Positions 49,415 through 59,334 of a DNA stretch of 61,985 nucleotides are shown here, in pieces. The translations under genes and the position numbers were made by a program. The notes under the pieces are model-generated. The model worked only from the letters and a program-made list of their open reading frames with translations. It made no database searches and was not told where the DNA came from. The stretch is taken from contig JAFSSK010000119.1 of NCBI GenBank assembly GCA_017451045.1, forward strand, positions 1 through 61,985, in the 5' to 3' direction. How positions within the stretch are numbered: the stretch's first letter is position 1; each line of letters opens with the position of its first letter. This stretch comes from Clostridia bacterium (GTDB lineage: Bacteria; Bacillota; Clostridia; Oscillospirales; CAG-272).

Positions 49415-51530
49415 GCAGCAGGACGGACCGGTAAAGGATCATTCGATTCAGGCGGAGCAAGGAAAAGGTGTTGTTCTGCCTGAATTGCTATGTCCGGCAG
49501 GCACCCCCCAGGCGCTTTACGCGGCGGTGGAGGGAGGCGCAGACGCCGTTTATCTCGGCGTGCAGTCCTTCAACGCCAGAAGCAACGCAAGGAATTTTTC
49601 GGGCGAGGAAATATCGTCTGCCGCACGTCTTTTGCACGCATACGGCGCAAAACTGTACCTGACGCTGAACACGCAGTTGTACGACAGGGAGCTGAAGGGC
49701 TTCCTCGAGACGGCTTACGAGGCATATGAGCGGGGAGTCGACGGTCTGATCGTGGCGGATTTCGGGGGAGCCGAACTGATCCACAGGGAGATCCCGGATA
49801 TCCCGCTGCATGCCAGCACGCAGGCAAGCGGTCATTCGCTGGACATGGCAAGACAGCTTTACAGGATGGGATACAGCCGGATGGTCGCGGCGCGCGAACT
49901 GACGAAGGAGGATCTTTTCCTCCTGGCGCGCAAGTCGCCTGTCGAGATCGAGGTGTTCGTCCACGGGGCGCTGTGCGTAAGCGCGTCGGGACAGTGCCTG
50001 TTCTCGTCCGTCATCGGCGGAAGGAGCGGCAACCGGGGCGAATGCGCGCAGCCGTGCAGACTGCCGTACCGGTGCGGTCCGGGCGGAGCGGGTCCCGAGT
50101 ATCCGCTGTCGCTGAAGGACCTGTCCCTTACAGGGCACGTGACGGAACTGATCGAAAGCGGCGTCAGGTCGCTCAAGATCGAGGGAAGGATGAAAAGCCC
50201 CGAATATGTTCTGGGCGTTACGCGGATCTGGCGCAGGCTGCTGGACGAAAAGCGGAACGCGAACGCTGAAGAGACAGAGGAATTGGAGCGCCTGTTCTCG
50301 AGAGACGGGTTCACGGACGGGTATTACGCGGGGAAGACAGGCCGCGCGATGCTGGGGATCCGGTCAGACGAGGACAAGAGCGCGACAAGATCCGTCGAAC
50401 CGTTTTCGGGCCTTACGCGAAAAGTCCCGATCGACATCCGGGCAAGCTTTCGGGCGGGGGAGCCTGTCAGCGCCGAGGCGGTCATGAAAATGCCGGACGG
50501 CAGGACGATGCTCGCCGCCGCGGAAGGGGAGCCGCCGCTGACGGCGCTCAGCCAGCCGATGACGCCGGATCTTGTCAAAAAGAACCTGCTTAAACTGGGA
50601 GACACGCCTTTTGCCGCAGCCAACGTGGAGATCGGGATGGACGAAGGTTTGATGATCCCCGTTTCACGGATCAACGCGCTGCGCCGGGACCTGATTGCCC
50701 GGCTCGAGGCGCAGCTGACGCCGGACCGGAAGGCGGAAAGGAAAGAGGTCTCTCTGCCTGCCGCGGCGCCTGCCTACATGTCGCTAAGGAGTGAAAAAAG
50801 GAAAACGGCCAGATTTTACCGGCCGGAACAGATAACAGCGGAAGCGATCCGCTTTTTTGACGAGATATATCTGCCCCTTCAGCATTTTCAGAAAGACCTT
50901 CCGGAAAAGGCCGGCATCCTGATGCCGCCCGTCGTGCCGGATCACGAAAAGCGTGTGGTCGAGGCAATGCTCGACGCGCTCACGGCTGACGGCAGGCCGG
51001 TCATGGCCGGCAATCTGGGACAGGTCCTCTGGCTGCGGGAACGGAAAATTTCGCCGGTCGGAGACTTTAGGCTGAACATATGCAACCGGATGAGTGCGGA
51101 CGTGCTGAGATCCGCGGGCGTTTGCAGCCCCGTCCTTTCGCCGGAGCTGTCCCTGCCGCAGATGAGAGATATAGCGGCCTTCTGGCCGGACTGTCAGGTG
51201 ATCGTATACGGCAGACTGCCGCTGATGACGCTGGAAAAATGCGTGAATGCGGACGGGCCCGGCTGTACGGAATGCGGCAGGGACAGGGCCTGGCTGCAGG
51301 ACAGAAGGGGCGTGCGGTTCCCGGTGCTGCGGGAATTCAGCCACAGGAACGTCATATACAACAGCGTTCCCGTCTGGATGGCAGACAGGAAAGACCGGCT
51401 GGAAGCAGCCCGGATCGGCAAGACGCACTTTATCTTTTCCGTTGAAAGCCCGGAGGACGTAAACGACGTCATCCGCATGTGGGAGCAGGGCTGCAAGCCT
51501 GATTTCCCGATGAGAAGAATACAGGAGTAG
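49407..51530 (+). CDS. Peptidase U32 family protein (with a long C-terminal domain)
   Basis: 707 aa with PELLCPAG, the U32 signature EVFVHGALCVSASGQCLFSS, and ECAQPCR. The exact start is uncertain, as the ATG at 49407 has a poorly spaced RBS. Confidence 0.85.
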   Translation: MYKQQDGPVKDHSIQAEQGKGVVLPELLCPAGTPQALYAAVEGGADAVYLGVQSFNARSNARNFSGEEISSAARLLHAYGAKLYLTLNTQLYDRELKGFLETAYEAYERGVDGLIVADFGGAELIHREIPDIPLHASTQASGHSLDMARQLYRMGYSRMVAARELTKEDLFLLARKSPVEIEVFVHGALCVSASGQCLFSSVIGGRSGNRGECAQPCRLPYRCGPGGAGPEYPLSLKDLSLTGHVTELIESGVRSLKIEGRMKSPEYVLGVTRIWRRLLDEKRNANAEETEELERLFSRDGFTDGYYAGKTGRAMLGIRSDEDKSATRSVEPFSGLTRKVPIDIRASFRAGEPVSAEAVMKMPDGRTMLAAAEGEPPLTALSQPMTPDLVKKNLLKLGDTPFAAANVEIGMDEGLMIPVSRINALRRDLIARLEAQLTPDRKAERKEVSLPAAAPAYMSLRSEKRKTARFYRPEQITAEAIRFFDEIYLPLQHFQKDLPEKAGILMPPVVPDHEKRVVEAMLDALTADGRPVMAGNLGQVLWLRERKISPVGDFRLNICNRMSADVLRSAGVCSPVLSPELSLPQMRDIAAFWPDCQVIVYGRLPLMTLEKCVNADGPGCTECGRDRAWLQDRRGVRFPVLREFSHRNVIYNSVPVWMADRKDRLEAARIGKTHFIFSVESPEDVNDVIRMWEQGCKPDFPMRRIQE

Positions 51531-51545
51531 CAAAGGAGATAGAAT

Positions 51546-52199
51546 ATGAAAATTCAGGAAAAGACATTCACGCTGAAAAACGGCAGAGCGAAAGCCTTCC
51601 CGTACCTGCTGTACAGTCCGGACAGGATGAAGCAGGGGGAGAAGTATCCCATGATCCTTGTCCTGCACGGCGCGGGAGAGCGGGGAGAGGGGCCATGCGA
51701 ACCGCTGAAAATGTTCCCGCTGCTTCATATGATGGAAGACGGACTGCAGATCCCCGCCATCGTGGCGGCGCCTCAGTGTCCGTGCAACTGGCTCTGGACG
51801 GACCTTTGCGTGGAACTGAAGGAGTTCGCGGACAAGATCGTTGCGACCATGCCCGTTGACAAGGACAGGATCGTGTGCACGGGACTTTCCATGGGCGGAT
51901 TCGGAACATGGCTGATGGGGATCACCTATCCCGATTTCTTTGCGGGCCTTGCGCCGATCTGCGGCGGCGGAACCTCGTGGGCCGTTTCGCAGATCAAGAA
52001 CGTCCCCGTCTGGGCGTTCCACGGAGACGCCGATTCGGTCGTGCCGGTCGGCAACTCCATCGAAATGTGCGACAGGCTCGCCGCAGCCGGCGGAAACGTC
52101 AAGCTGACGCTGTTCCACGGGGTCGACCACGACGCGTGGACGCCTGCTTTCCATGACACGAAACTGATCGAATGGCTGCTGGCGCAGCGCAAAGGATAA
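51546..52199 (+). CDS. Alpha/beta-fold esterase (phospholipase/carboxylesterase or dienelactone-hydrolase-like)
   Basis: 217 aa with GLSMGG (nucleophile), HGDADSVVP and VDHDAW (Asp and His of the triad). Confidence 0.8.
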   Translation: MKIQEKTFTLKNGRAKAFPYLLYSPDRMKQGEKYPMILVLHGAGERGEGPCEPLKMFPLLHMMEDGLQIPAIVAAPQCPCNWLWTDLCVELKEFADKIVATMPVDKDRIVCTGLSMGGFGTWLMGITYPDFFAGLAPICGGGTSWAVSQIKNVPVWAFHGDADSVVPVGNSIEMCDRLAAAGGNVKLTLFHGVDHDAWTPAFHDTKLIEWLLAQRKG

Positions 52200-52203
52200 T
52201 CAT

Positions 52204-52668
52204 ATGCAAACTGCCTACAAGAAGATCGAGATACAGATCAAAACTACAAGGGGCATGACGGTCCCGTCCTATGCCACCCCCGGGTCCGCAGCCGTTGATC
52301 TGCGGGCCGCCATCGAAGAGGGCGAAGAGCTGGTCATCCAGCCGGGCGCCAAGGCGCTTGTCCCCACCGGACTTGCCATCGCGCCGAAAACGGACGACGT
52401 CGTGGCGATCGTTGCCGCCCGGAGCGGGCTGGCCGTCAAGCACGGCGTGTGCCTGTCCAACGGGATCGGGGTGATCGACTCGGATTACAGGGGCGAGATA
52501 TGCGTAGGGCTTTACAACACCTCAGACGTGCCGTTCATCATCAGGCGCGGAGACAGGATCGCCCAGCTGATGTTCGTCCCCGTTATGCAGGCCGCGTTCA
52601 TTCAGACGGACGAGTTGGATGAAACAGAGAGAGGGACCGGCGGATTCGGATCCACGGGTGTGAAATAA
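52204..52668 (+). CDS. dut: dUTP diphosphatase
   Basis: 154 aa with ATPGSAAVDL, GVIDSDYRGEI and RGTGGFGSTG motifs. Confidence 0.93.
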   Translation: MQTAYKKIEIQIKTTRGMTVPSYATPGSAAVDLRAAIEEGEELVIQPGAKALVPTGLAIAPKTDDVVAIVAARSGLAVKHGVCLSNGIGVIDSDYRGEICVGLYNTSDVPFIIRRGDRIAQLMFVPVMQAAFIQTDELDETERGTGGFGSTGVK

Positions 52669-53285
52669 TGGAGCTGATACTGGCGTCTAAATCTCCCAGA
52701 CGGAGAGAGATACTTGCGGACATGGGCGTGCGCTTCCACGTCATTACGGAAGACGTGGACGAATCGTGTCCCGAAACGTCGCCCGAACGTTTCGTCGAAC
52801 TGATCGCAGCCAAGAAGTGCGCGGCGGTCGGAGACGGCGTTCTCATTGCGCACGGATTCGATCCGGCTGGATGCATCGTGCTGGCGGCTGACACTGTCGT
52901 CGAGACGGGAGGAGAGATCCTCGGGAAGCCGCACAGCGAACAAGAGGCCCGCTCCATGCTGCAAAAACTGTCCGGGAAGGAGCACAGGGTCATCTCCGGG
53001 TTTTCGCTGCGGGGGCCTGACCGTACCGGCCGGGTCGTCAGCACCTCCTCTCACACCGTGACTACGGTGTCGTTCTGCGAGATATCCCGGGAAGATCTGG
53101 ATGCGTACGTCCGGTCCCGGGAACCGTATGACAAGGCCGGCGCCTATGCCATCCAGGGACACGGGATCTACTGGGTGAAAGGGATCTGCGGCGATTTTTA
53201 CAACGTGGTAGGCCTTCCGTTCTACGATATCGCCAGGACGCTGGAGAAAATATACGGAATCGGATTCCCCGGATTCGGGGCATAA
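52668..53285 (+). CDS. maf: Maf-like nucleoside triphosphate pyrophosphatase
   Basis: 205 aa with ILASKSPRRREIL, LAADTVV and KAGAYAIQG. The start overlaps the dut stop (TAATG). Confidence 0.92.
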   Translation: MELILASKSPRRREILADMGVRFHVITEDVDESCPETSPERFVELIAAKKCAAVGDGVLIAHGFDPAGCIVLAADTVVETGGEILGKPHSEQEARSMLQKLSGKEHRVISGFSLRGPDRTGRVVSTSSHTVTTVSFCEISREDLDAYVRSREPYDKAGAYAIQGHGIYWVKGICGDFYNVVGLPFYDIARTLEKIYGIGFPGFGA

Positions 53286-53293
53286 GGAGTTTT

Positions 53294-54295
53294 ATGATTA
53301 AGGAATTGGGTGTCGACCTGGGAACTTCATACATCCGGATCTGCCAGAAAGGCAGGGGCATCATCAGCCGGACCCCGACAGTCGTCGCTGTCGATACGAA
53401 GAGCCGCGGGATCGTTGCCATCGGCGCTGAAGCGAAACGGATGATCGGGAAGACGCCTTCCCAGATCACAGCGTACAAGCCGATCAGGCACGGGGCCATA
53501 GCCGACTGCGACGTGCTGCCGGACATCCTCGTCGCGCTGTTCGAATCGCTGAATCAGGGGATCAACTACGCAAGGCCCAGCATGATCGTCGGCGTCCCGA
53601 ACGGGGCAACGGAAGTCGAAAGGCGCGCGGTTGAAAACGTTATGTTCGATGCGGGCGTCCGGTCCGTCGCGCTTGTCGAGGCGCCTGTGGCGGCAGCCAT
53701 CGGCTCGGGACTCATGATTTCCGGACGGCGGGGATGCATGATCGTCGACTGCGGCGGCGGCACGACGGAAATCGCCACCCTCAGCATGGGAGGCATCGTC
53801 AGCGCGCGTTCCGTCAGGATCGGCGGAGACGACATGGACGCAGCCATCATCAAGTATCTGAAAGATACGAAGGAAGTGCTGATCGGGCCGCAGACGGCGG
53901 AGACGCTGAAAAACAAGATCGGAGCCGCGCATCAGTCTGTCGACAAAGGGACCATGACCGTTTACGGCCGAAACATTCGCACCGGACTGGCGGCAACCGA
54001 AGAGGTCAGCACGGCGCAGGTCCGGGAGGCGATAAAGGAAAGCGTGACAAAAATCGTCGGCAGCATCACGGTGACACTGGAGGAATCCACGCCCGAACTC
54101 GCCGCAGACATTTACGATTACGGGATCATGCTGACGGGCGGCATATCGCTGCTGCCCGGGCTGGCGGAAGAGATCACAAGGACGACCAGGATCCGCGTAA
54201 CGCAGGCCAAGAATCCGCTGGACAGCACCTGCCGCGGCATCGGCCGCATCCTGGGCGGTTCCGCCGGCTATATGCCGAGATACAAGACAAGGTAA
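53294..54295 (+). CDS. mreB: Rod shape-determining protein MreB
   Basis: 333 aa with the actin-fold motifs GVDLGTSYIRI, MIVDCGGGTTEIA and IMLTGGISLLPGL. Confidence 0.96.
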   Translation: MIKELGVDLGTSYIRICQKGRGIISRTPTVVAVDTKSRGIVAIGAEAKRMIGKTPSQITAYKPIRHGAIADCDVLPDILVALFESLNQGINYARPSMIVGVPNGATEVERRAVENVMFDAGVRSVALVEAPVAAAIGSGLMISGRRGCMIVDCGGGTTEIATLSMGGIVSARSVRIGGDDMDAAIIKYLKDTKEVLIGPQTAETLKNKIGAAHQSVDKGTMTVYGRNIRTGLAATEEVSTAQVREAIKESVTKIVGSITVTLEESTPELAADIYDYGIMLTGGISLLPGLAEEITRTTRIRVTQAKNPLDSTCRGIGRILGGSAGYMPRYKTR

Positions 54296-54330
54296 TTTTT
54301 TGACGGGAAGAAACAGGAAGTAGAGGGACG

Positions 54331-56442
54331 ATGAAACTGTTCTCAAAGATCCGCGACCGGCTGGCCGGGAACAACGCGGGCGAGAATTTCACACTGCCGC
54401 CGCGCAAAACGTTCGTCATGGCGGGCGTTTTTTGCGTTCTCTGCGTGCTGTTTATCGCGAAGCTCCTCTCTTTGACCGTCATCAACAGGGACAGGTACGA
54501 CTCTTCCGCCGCGATCACGCGGGAGGTGGAGGTGGTCGCCGCGCGCGGGCAGATATGCGACCGGAACGGCGTGGTGCTTGTCGGAAACGACTATACGTAC
54601 AATCTCTGCTTCAAAGTGGACCGGATGCCGGACGATAAAGTCGAGATGAACAGGATCTTCTTGCAGATCATCGATCTTTTCGAGGACAGGCAGGACGCCG
54701 GAGAGGTCACGCAGGATTATTTCCCGTTCCGTGGGGAATGGGGCGCTTTCGAATATACGGACGAAGCGCTCAGTGAAGGCGATCCGGTCCGGAAAAGGCT
54801 TTTGAAGGTGCTGTCATATCTTGGCAAAAAAGAGGATATGACGGCGCAGGACCTTGCGGATTTCCTGATCGAGCGGTATATGCTGAACGCGAAAGACAGC
54901 GCAAAGGAGCCGGTGTTTTCCGATGCGGACGCCTATAAGCTGCTGAGATTCAGGTACGATACGATCGTTAACCAGTTCAGCTCGCTGAACGATTATGTTT
55001 ACGTTTACAACGTGGACGAGGAGACGGTTTCGCTGATCCGCGAAAAGAATCTGAAAGGCGTATCCTTCACACTGGACTGGGCGCGCACGTACAGATTTCC
55101 CGGATATGCGTCTCACATCCTCGGGTACACGGGGAAGATCCAGGCGGAGGACTGGGACTATTACAGCCGGCTGGGATACTCGATGGACGACATGGTCGGG
55201 GTCGCAGGCTGCGAACAGGCCTTCGAGAGCATCCTGCACGGCGTCAACGGCAGGATGCGGGTGACGGAGGATCCGGACGGAAACGTTCTGAAGACGGAGA
55301 TCATCAAGGAGCCCGTTCCGGGACAGGACGTCTGGCTGACGATCGATATCAACGTTCAGATCGCCGCTGAAGACGGGATCGCCGAGAATATCGATTACGT
55401 CCACAGGCTGGCCGGAGGATACGCCTCCCTCGGCGCCAACTGCCAGGCGGGCGCGACTGTCGCCCAGGACCCGGACACCGGGGAGATCCTGGCGATCGCG
55501 TCAGCCCCCACGTACGATCTGACCATGTTCAACGAACTGTATTCGGAACTGGCGGCCGATACGGAGAAGCCGCTTTACAACAGGTCCCTTTTGGGACTGT
55601 ATGCGCCGGGGTCGACGTTTAAACTCGGTGTGGCTGCCGCCGCGCTCAGCAACGGCACCATCACGACGGAAACCCTCGTGGAGGACAAAGGGATCTACTA
55701 CTATTCCCCCGGATCCACGGGACAGCGGTGCTGGATATACAAGCCGGCCTACAACTACGGGACGCACGGGACCATCAACGTGGTCAAGGCGATCCGCTAC
55801 TCCTGCAACTACTTCTTTTTCGTCGTCGGGCGTGCGCTCGGGATAGACAATCTCTACCCGTTCATGAAGAATCTGGGACTCGGCGAAGCGACAGGGATCG
55901 AGCTGACGGAAAGGAAGGGGACGCTTGCCGGAAGGGAGACGGACGAGGACTGGTCCGACAGCAAGATCCTGAACACCTCCATCGGCCAGGGGACCAACGC
56001 GTTCACGCCGCTGCAGATCTGCAATTACGTCTGCACGCTCTGGAACGCGGGGACCCGGTACAGCGTACACCTTTTGTATCAGGTGCATGACGGGGAGGGG
56101 AACGTCACCTATCAGTCGCAGCGGCAGGTCGTGTCGGAGAATCCGATCGACGAAGAGGTCATGGATGCGATCAGACAGGGGATGGCTGAAGTGATCGAGG
56201 AGAGCAATACGATCAGGTCGTTCATGAAATGGATCCCCGAAGACGTTGCCGTATACGGAAAAACCGGAACGGCCGAGGTCGGCGGGGCAGACTGCGAAAA
56301 CGCGCTGTTCACCTGCGTAGGCGTAGGGCCTGACGGCAGGAAACTGGTCGTGCTGACCGTCCTGGAAGAAGGGTATTCGGGCGGTTACGTGTCGCTCACG
56401 GCCGGCAGGATCATGAGCGCATACTTCGGACAGGGAGACTGA
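54331..56442 (+). CDS. mrdA: Penicillin-binding protein 2 (class B transpeptidase)
   Basis: 703 aa with an N-terminal TM, a PBP dimerisation domain, and the transpeptidase motifs STFK, SCN (SxN) and KTGT. Confidence 0.9.
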   Translation: MKLFSKIRDRLAGNNAGENFTLPPRKTFVMAGVFCVLCVLFIAKLLSLTVINRDRYDSSAAITREVEVVAARGQICDRNGVVLVGNDYTYNLCFKVDRMPDDKVEMNRIFLQIIDLFEDRQDAGEVTQDYFPFRGEWGAFEYTDEALSEGDPVRKRLLKVLSYLGKKEDMTAQDLADFLIERYMLNAKDSAKEPVFSDADAYKLLRFRYDTIVNQFSSLNDYVYVYNVDEETVSLIREKNLKGVSFTLDWARTYRFPGYASHILGYTGKIQAEDWDYYSRLGYSMDDMVGVAGCEQAFESILHGVNGRMRVTEDPDGNVLKTEIIKEPVPGQDVWLTIDINVQIAAEDGIAENIDYVHRLAGGYASLGANCQAGATVAQDPDTGEILAIASAPTYDLTMFNELYSELAADTEKPLYNRSLLGLYAPGSTFKLGVAAAALSNGTITTETLVEDKGIYYYSPGSTGQRCWIYKPAYNYGTHGTINVVKAIRYSCNYFFFVVGRALGIDNLYPFMKNLGLGEATGIELTERKGTLAGRETDEDWSDSKILNTSIGQGTNAFTPLQICNYVCTLWNAGTRYSVHLLYQVHDGEGNVTYQSQRQVVSENPIDEEVMDAIRQGMAEVIEESNTIRSFMKWIPEDVAVYGKTGTAEVGGADCENALFTCVGVGPDGRKLVVLTVLEEGYSGGYVSLTAGRIMSAYFGQGD

Positions 56443-56530
56443 AAACAAGAAAAATTGGCATGGCCGGCAGGCCGCACGGGATATCGTGCGCACTGCCGGT
56501 CACTTTGTGTTGAAGACTTGAAAAAAACTC

Positions 56531-56559
56531 TTGACAATCTATTTAAGATGTAATATAAT
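56531..56559 (+). promoter_or_regulatory. Consensus sigma-A promoter for rpmG-secE-nusG
   Basis: TTGACA (56531-56536), 17-nt spacer, TATAAT (56554-56559). Confidence 0.75.
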
Positions 56560-56696
56560 GTTGCTACCTCTGCGGGCGGGTGGAAAAAATCGTCCAGCGC
56601 CAGACTGAAAAGTCGGACGGGTTCCGCTTCGGAGGGAGGTACACGGGCAGGCTGTTCTGGCTTGCCAAATAATCGAAAAATGGAGGTGCCGAAAAA

Positions 56697-56858
56697 ATGG
56701 CTAATGATGCAAGGGTCAAGATTACTTTGGTATGCAGCGAATGCAAACAGAGAAACTATGACACCAAAAAGAACAAGAAAAACGATCCGGACAGACTTGA
56801 AATGATGAAGTACTGCCGTTTCTGCCGCAAGCACACTCTTCACAAAGAATCTAAGTGA
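56697..56858 (+). CDS. rpmG: 50S ribosomal protein L33
   Basis: Not in the ORF track (53 aa). My translation: [53 protein letters not shown], with CxxC...CxxC. GGAGGTG RBS. It sits upstream of secE-nusG. Confidence 0.93.
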   Translation: MANDARVKITLVCSECKQRNYDTKKNKKNDPDRLEMMKYCRFCRKHTLHKESK

Positions 56859-56875
56859 TTCGGAGGAGGGATTTT

Positions 56876-57478
56876 ATGACTGCACTTAAATCCAAAAAGC
56901 TTTTTGCGTTACTGGTCGTGATGCTGGTAATGGTAATCACTTTTTCCATGCTGCAGCTGAACGTGTTTGCAGACGGTTCTGAGGGTGATACCACCGGAGT
57001 CGAAGACACAGGAACCGAAGAGGGCGGAGAGACCGGCGACGTCGGCGGAGAAGAAGGCGGCGAAGGCGAGACGCCGGAAGTCGGCGAAGGCGAATCGACC
57101 GAAGATGCCCCCGCGACCGGCGAAGAATCCGGAGACACAACGACGGACGAGCCCGCAACGACGGATACGCCCGCGACCACGGACACAACGGACACAACAG
57201 AGAAGCAGGGCATTCAGACGTCCACCATCGTGACGCTGATCATCTGCGGCGTGTTGCTGGTCGTAGCTGTCGTCCTGATCGTGAAGAACCGTGTAAAGGT
57301 TGTCAATTTCCTGGGCAGCCTGAAGAGTGAAATCAAAAAGATCAAATGGACAAAACGGAAAGACGTCATCAAGTTCAGCGCCGTTGCGCTGTCTGTGATC
57401 GCCATCTGCGCCGTTGTCATCGGTCTTTTGGACTTCGCGTTCTCCAAGGGAATCATTGCGCTTGGAACTATATTTTAA
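56876..57478 (+). CDS. secE: Preprotein translocase subunit SecE with a 135-aa N-terminal extension
   Basis: 200 aa from the ATG at 56876 (GGAGGAGGG RBS). The C-terminal 65 aa, KNRVKVVNFLGSLKSEIKKIKWTKRKDVIKFSAVALSVIAICAVVIGLLDF, are canonical SecE. The N-terminus adds TM1, an acidic Thr/Glu/Gly-rich linker of about 80 aa, and TM2. Confidence 0.8.
   Translation: MTALKSKKLFALLVVMLVMVITFSMLQLNVFADGSEGDTTGVEDTGTEEGGETGDVGGEEGGEGETPEVGEGESTEDAPATGEESGDTTTDEPATTDTPATTDTTDTTEKQGIQTSTIVTLIICGVLLVVAVVLIVKNRVKVVNFLGSLKSEIKKIKWTKRKDVIKFSAVALSVIAICAVVIGLLDFAFSKGIIALGTIF
56972..57214 (+). repeat. Low-complexity coding repeats (acidic T/E/G/D-rich linker of SecE)
   Basis: Imperfect reiterations: GAAGGCGG/GAAGGCGA units, then ACGACGGA(C/T)AC.CCCGCGACCACGGACACAACGGACACAAC, encoding ...TTTDEPATTDTPATTDTTDTTE. 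Confidence 0.6.
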
Positions 57479-57491
57479 TTGAAGGTTTATC

Positions 57492-58040
57492 ATGAGTGAC
57501 TTTAATGAAATGAATGTCGGGAAAAGATGGTATGTGGCGCATACATATTCCGGCTATGAAAATAAAGTTAAAGCGAGCCTTGAAAAAACGATTGAAAACC
57601 GCAATCTCAGCGAAATGATCTTTGATATCCGCATACCGACAGAAATCATCCGCACGCAAAAGGGCGATGAGGTCGTTGAAAAGGAAGAGAAGATCTTCCC
57701 CGGTTATGTGTTCATTCAGATGATCATGACAGACGAGACCTGGCACGCGGTGAGAACCATCACCGGCGTTACGGGCTTCGTGGGTCCCGGATCGAGACCT
57801 ACGCCGCTTCCCGACGAGGAAGTCGAGGCTTTGAACATCGACGAGACGGTCAAAGCGCAGATGTCTTTCCAGGAGGGAGACGAAGTCACGGTCGCAGACG
57901 GTCTGTTCCAAGGATATACCGGCGTTGTCCGTTTGATATCCGAAGACGGAAAGACCGCGACGGTAATGGTCAAACGCGGCAGCAGAGATATGCCGGTCGA
58001 GATCGAAGTCAGTTCCCTGAGGAAAGGGACGGAACAGTAA
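57492..58040 (+). CDS. nusG: Transcription termination/antitermination factor NusG
   Basis: 182 aa with KRWYVAHTYSGYENKV, FPGYVFIQM, and the KOW motif GDEVTVADGLFQGYTGVV. Confidence 0.96.
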   Translation: MSDFNEMNVGKRWYVAHTYSGYENKVKASLEKTIENRNLSEMIFDIRIPTEIIRTQKGDEVVEKEEKIFPGYVFIQMIMTDETWHAVRTITGVTGFVGPGSRPTPLPDEEVEALNIDETVKAQMSFQEGDEVTVADGLFQGYTGVVRLISEDGKTATVMVKRGSRDMPVEIEVSSLRKGTEQ

Positions 58041-58134
58041 GTTCCCAAACTGATTGCAGACAGTTTTCTGCAAACGTGGGAGGAAGAAAAATCATTAATT
58101 CTTCCGCACTGAACCACATTAGGAGGAAAGAATC

Positions 58135-58560
58135 ATGGCAAAGAAAATTATGGGTTATATCAAACTCCAGTTGCCGGCAGGTAAAGCGACACCGCAGCCG
58201 CCGGTAGGTCCCGCACTCGGACAGTACGGAGTTGCCATTCCTGTTTTTACGAAGGAATTCAATGAAAGAACAAAGAACGACATCGGTCTGATCATCCCGG
58301 TCGTCATCACCGTTTATGCGGACCGTTCGTTTACTTTTATTACCAAAACACCGCCTGCAGCTGTGCTGATCAAGAAAGAAGCCGGCATCGAGTCCGCTTC
58401 CGGCAAGCCCAACAAGGAAAAAGTCGCGAAGATCACATCCGCCCAGGTTCGTAAGATCGCTGAGATCAAGATGCCCGACCTGAATGCCGCATCCATCGAG
58501 ACCGCTATGAGCATGATAGCCGGTACGGCACGCAGCATGGGCGTGGTCGTTGAGGACTAA
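58135..58560 (+). CDS. rplK: 50S ribosomal protein L11
   Basis: 141 aa starting [30 protein letters not shown]. Confidence 0.98.
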   Translation: MAKKIMGYIKLQLPAGKATPQPPVGPALGQYGVAIPVFTKEFNERTKNDIGLIIPVVITVYADRSFTFITKTPPAAVLIKKEAGIESASGKPNKEKVAKITSAQVRKIAEIKMPDLNAASIETAMSMIAGTARSMGVVVED

Positions 58561-58574
58561 GGAGGTATACGAAC

Positions 58575-59270
58575 ATGGCTAAAATGGGTAAGAAATATTC
58601 CGACAGCGTAAAGCTGTTCGACAAGAGCAAAGTATACGATCCGGCAGAGGCCGTAGCGCTTGTATGCCAGACATCCCGCGCAAAATTCGACGAGACAGTG
58701 GAACTCCACGTCCGTCTTGGCGTTGACTCCAGACATGCAGACCAGCAGGTCAGAGGCGCCGTCGTGCTTCCGAACGGAACAGGTAAGAAGGTCAGAGTCC
58801 TCGTCTTCACGAAGGGCGACAACATTGACGCAGCGCAGGCAGCCGGCGCAGAATATGTCGGCGGAGCCGAACTCGCTGAAAAGATCCAGAAAGAGAACTG
58901 GTTCGATTTCGATGTCGTTATCGCAAGCCCGGATATGATGGCTGTTATCGGCCGCCTTGGTAAGGTGCTCGGCCCGAAAGGCCTTATGCCTTCACCGAAA
59001 GCCGGAACCGTTACACCGGATGTCGCGAAAGCGGTTACCGAAGCGAAAGCCGGTAAGATCGAGTACCGTCTGGACAAGACCAACATCATCCACTGCCCGA
59101 TCGGAAAAGCATCCTTCGGTCCAGAAAAGCTGCAGGAGAACCTGGATACGCTGATGGCAGCGATCATCAAGGCAAAACCGGCAGCCGCTAAAGGTCAGTA
59201 CATCAAGAGCGCCGTGTTGGCTTCCACCATGGGCCCCGGCATCAGACTGAACAGCGCAAAGATCGGTTGA
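58575..59270 (+). CDS. rplA: 50S ribosomal protein L1
   Basis: 231 aa with [23 protein letters not shown] and [15 protein letters not shown]. Confidence 0.98.
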   Translation: MAKMGKKYSDSVKLFDKSKVYDPAEAVALVCQTSRAKFDETVELHVRLGVDSRHADQQVRGAVVLPNGTGKKVRVLVFTKGDNIDAAQAAGAEYVGGAELAEKIQKENWFDFDVVIASPDMMAVIGRLGKVLGPKGLMPSPKAGTVTPDVAKAVTEAKAGKIEYRLDKTNIIHCPIGKASFGPEKLQENLDTLMAAIIKAKPAAAKGQYIKSAVLASTMGPGIRLNSAKIG

Positions 59271-59283
59271 TCTGAAATAACAT

Positions 59284-59317
59284 AAAAGCGAGCCCGGAAA
59301 ACCGGACTCGCTTTTTT
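59284..59317. terminator. Bidirectional rho-independent terminator (rplA / alpha-galactosidase)
   Basis: AAAA-GCGAG(C)CCGG-aaaa-CCGG(A)CTCGC-TTTTTT, between convergent genes. Confidence 0.85.
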
Positions 59318-59334
59318 AGTTGGCTGAACGACCG

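Noticed and set aside
56464-56499. Hairpin CCGGCAG-gcc-GCACG-ggatat-CGTGC-gca-CTGCCGG after PBP2, as a terminator
   Set aside because: The stem is plausible, but the downstream tract (TCACTTTGTGTT) is U-poor. I did not list it as a feature because termination efficiency cannot be judged from sequence alone.
57281-57478. Canonical-length SecE (65 aa) starting at the internal GTG at 57281, with the upstream part as a separate gene
   Set aside because: No stop codon separates the two parts, and no Shine-Dalgarno sequence precedes 57281, whereas 56876 has GGAGGAGGG. I keep it as an alternative to test, not as the call.
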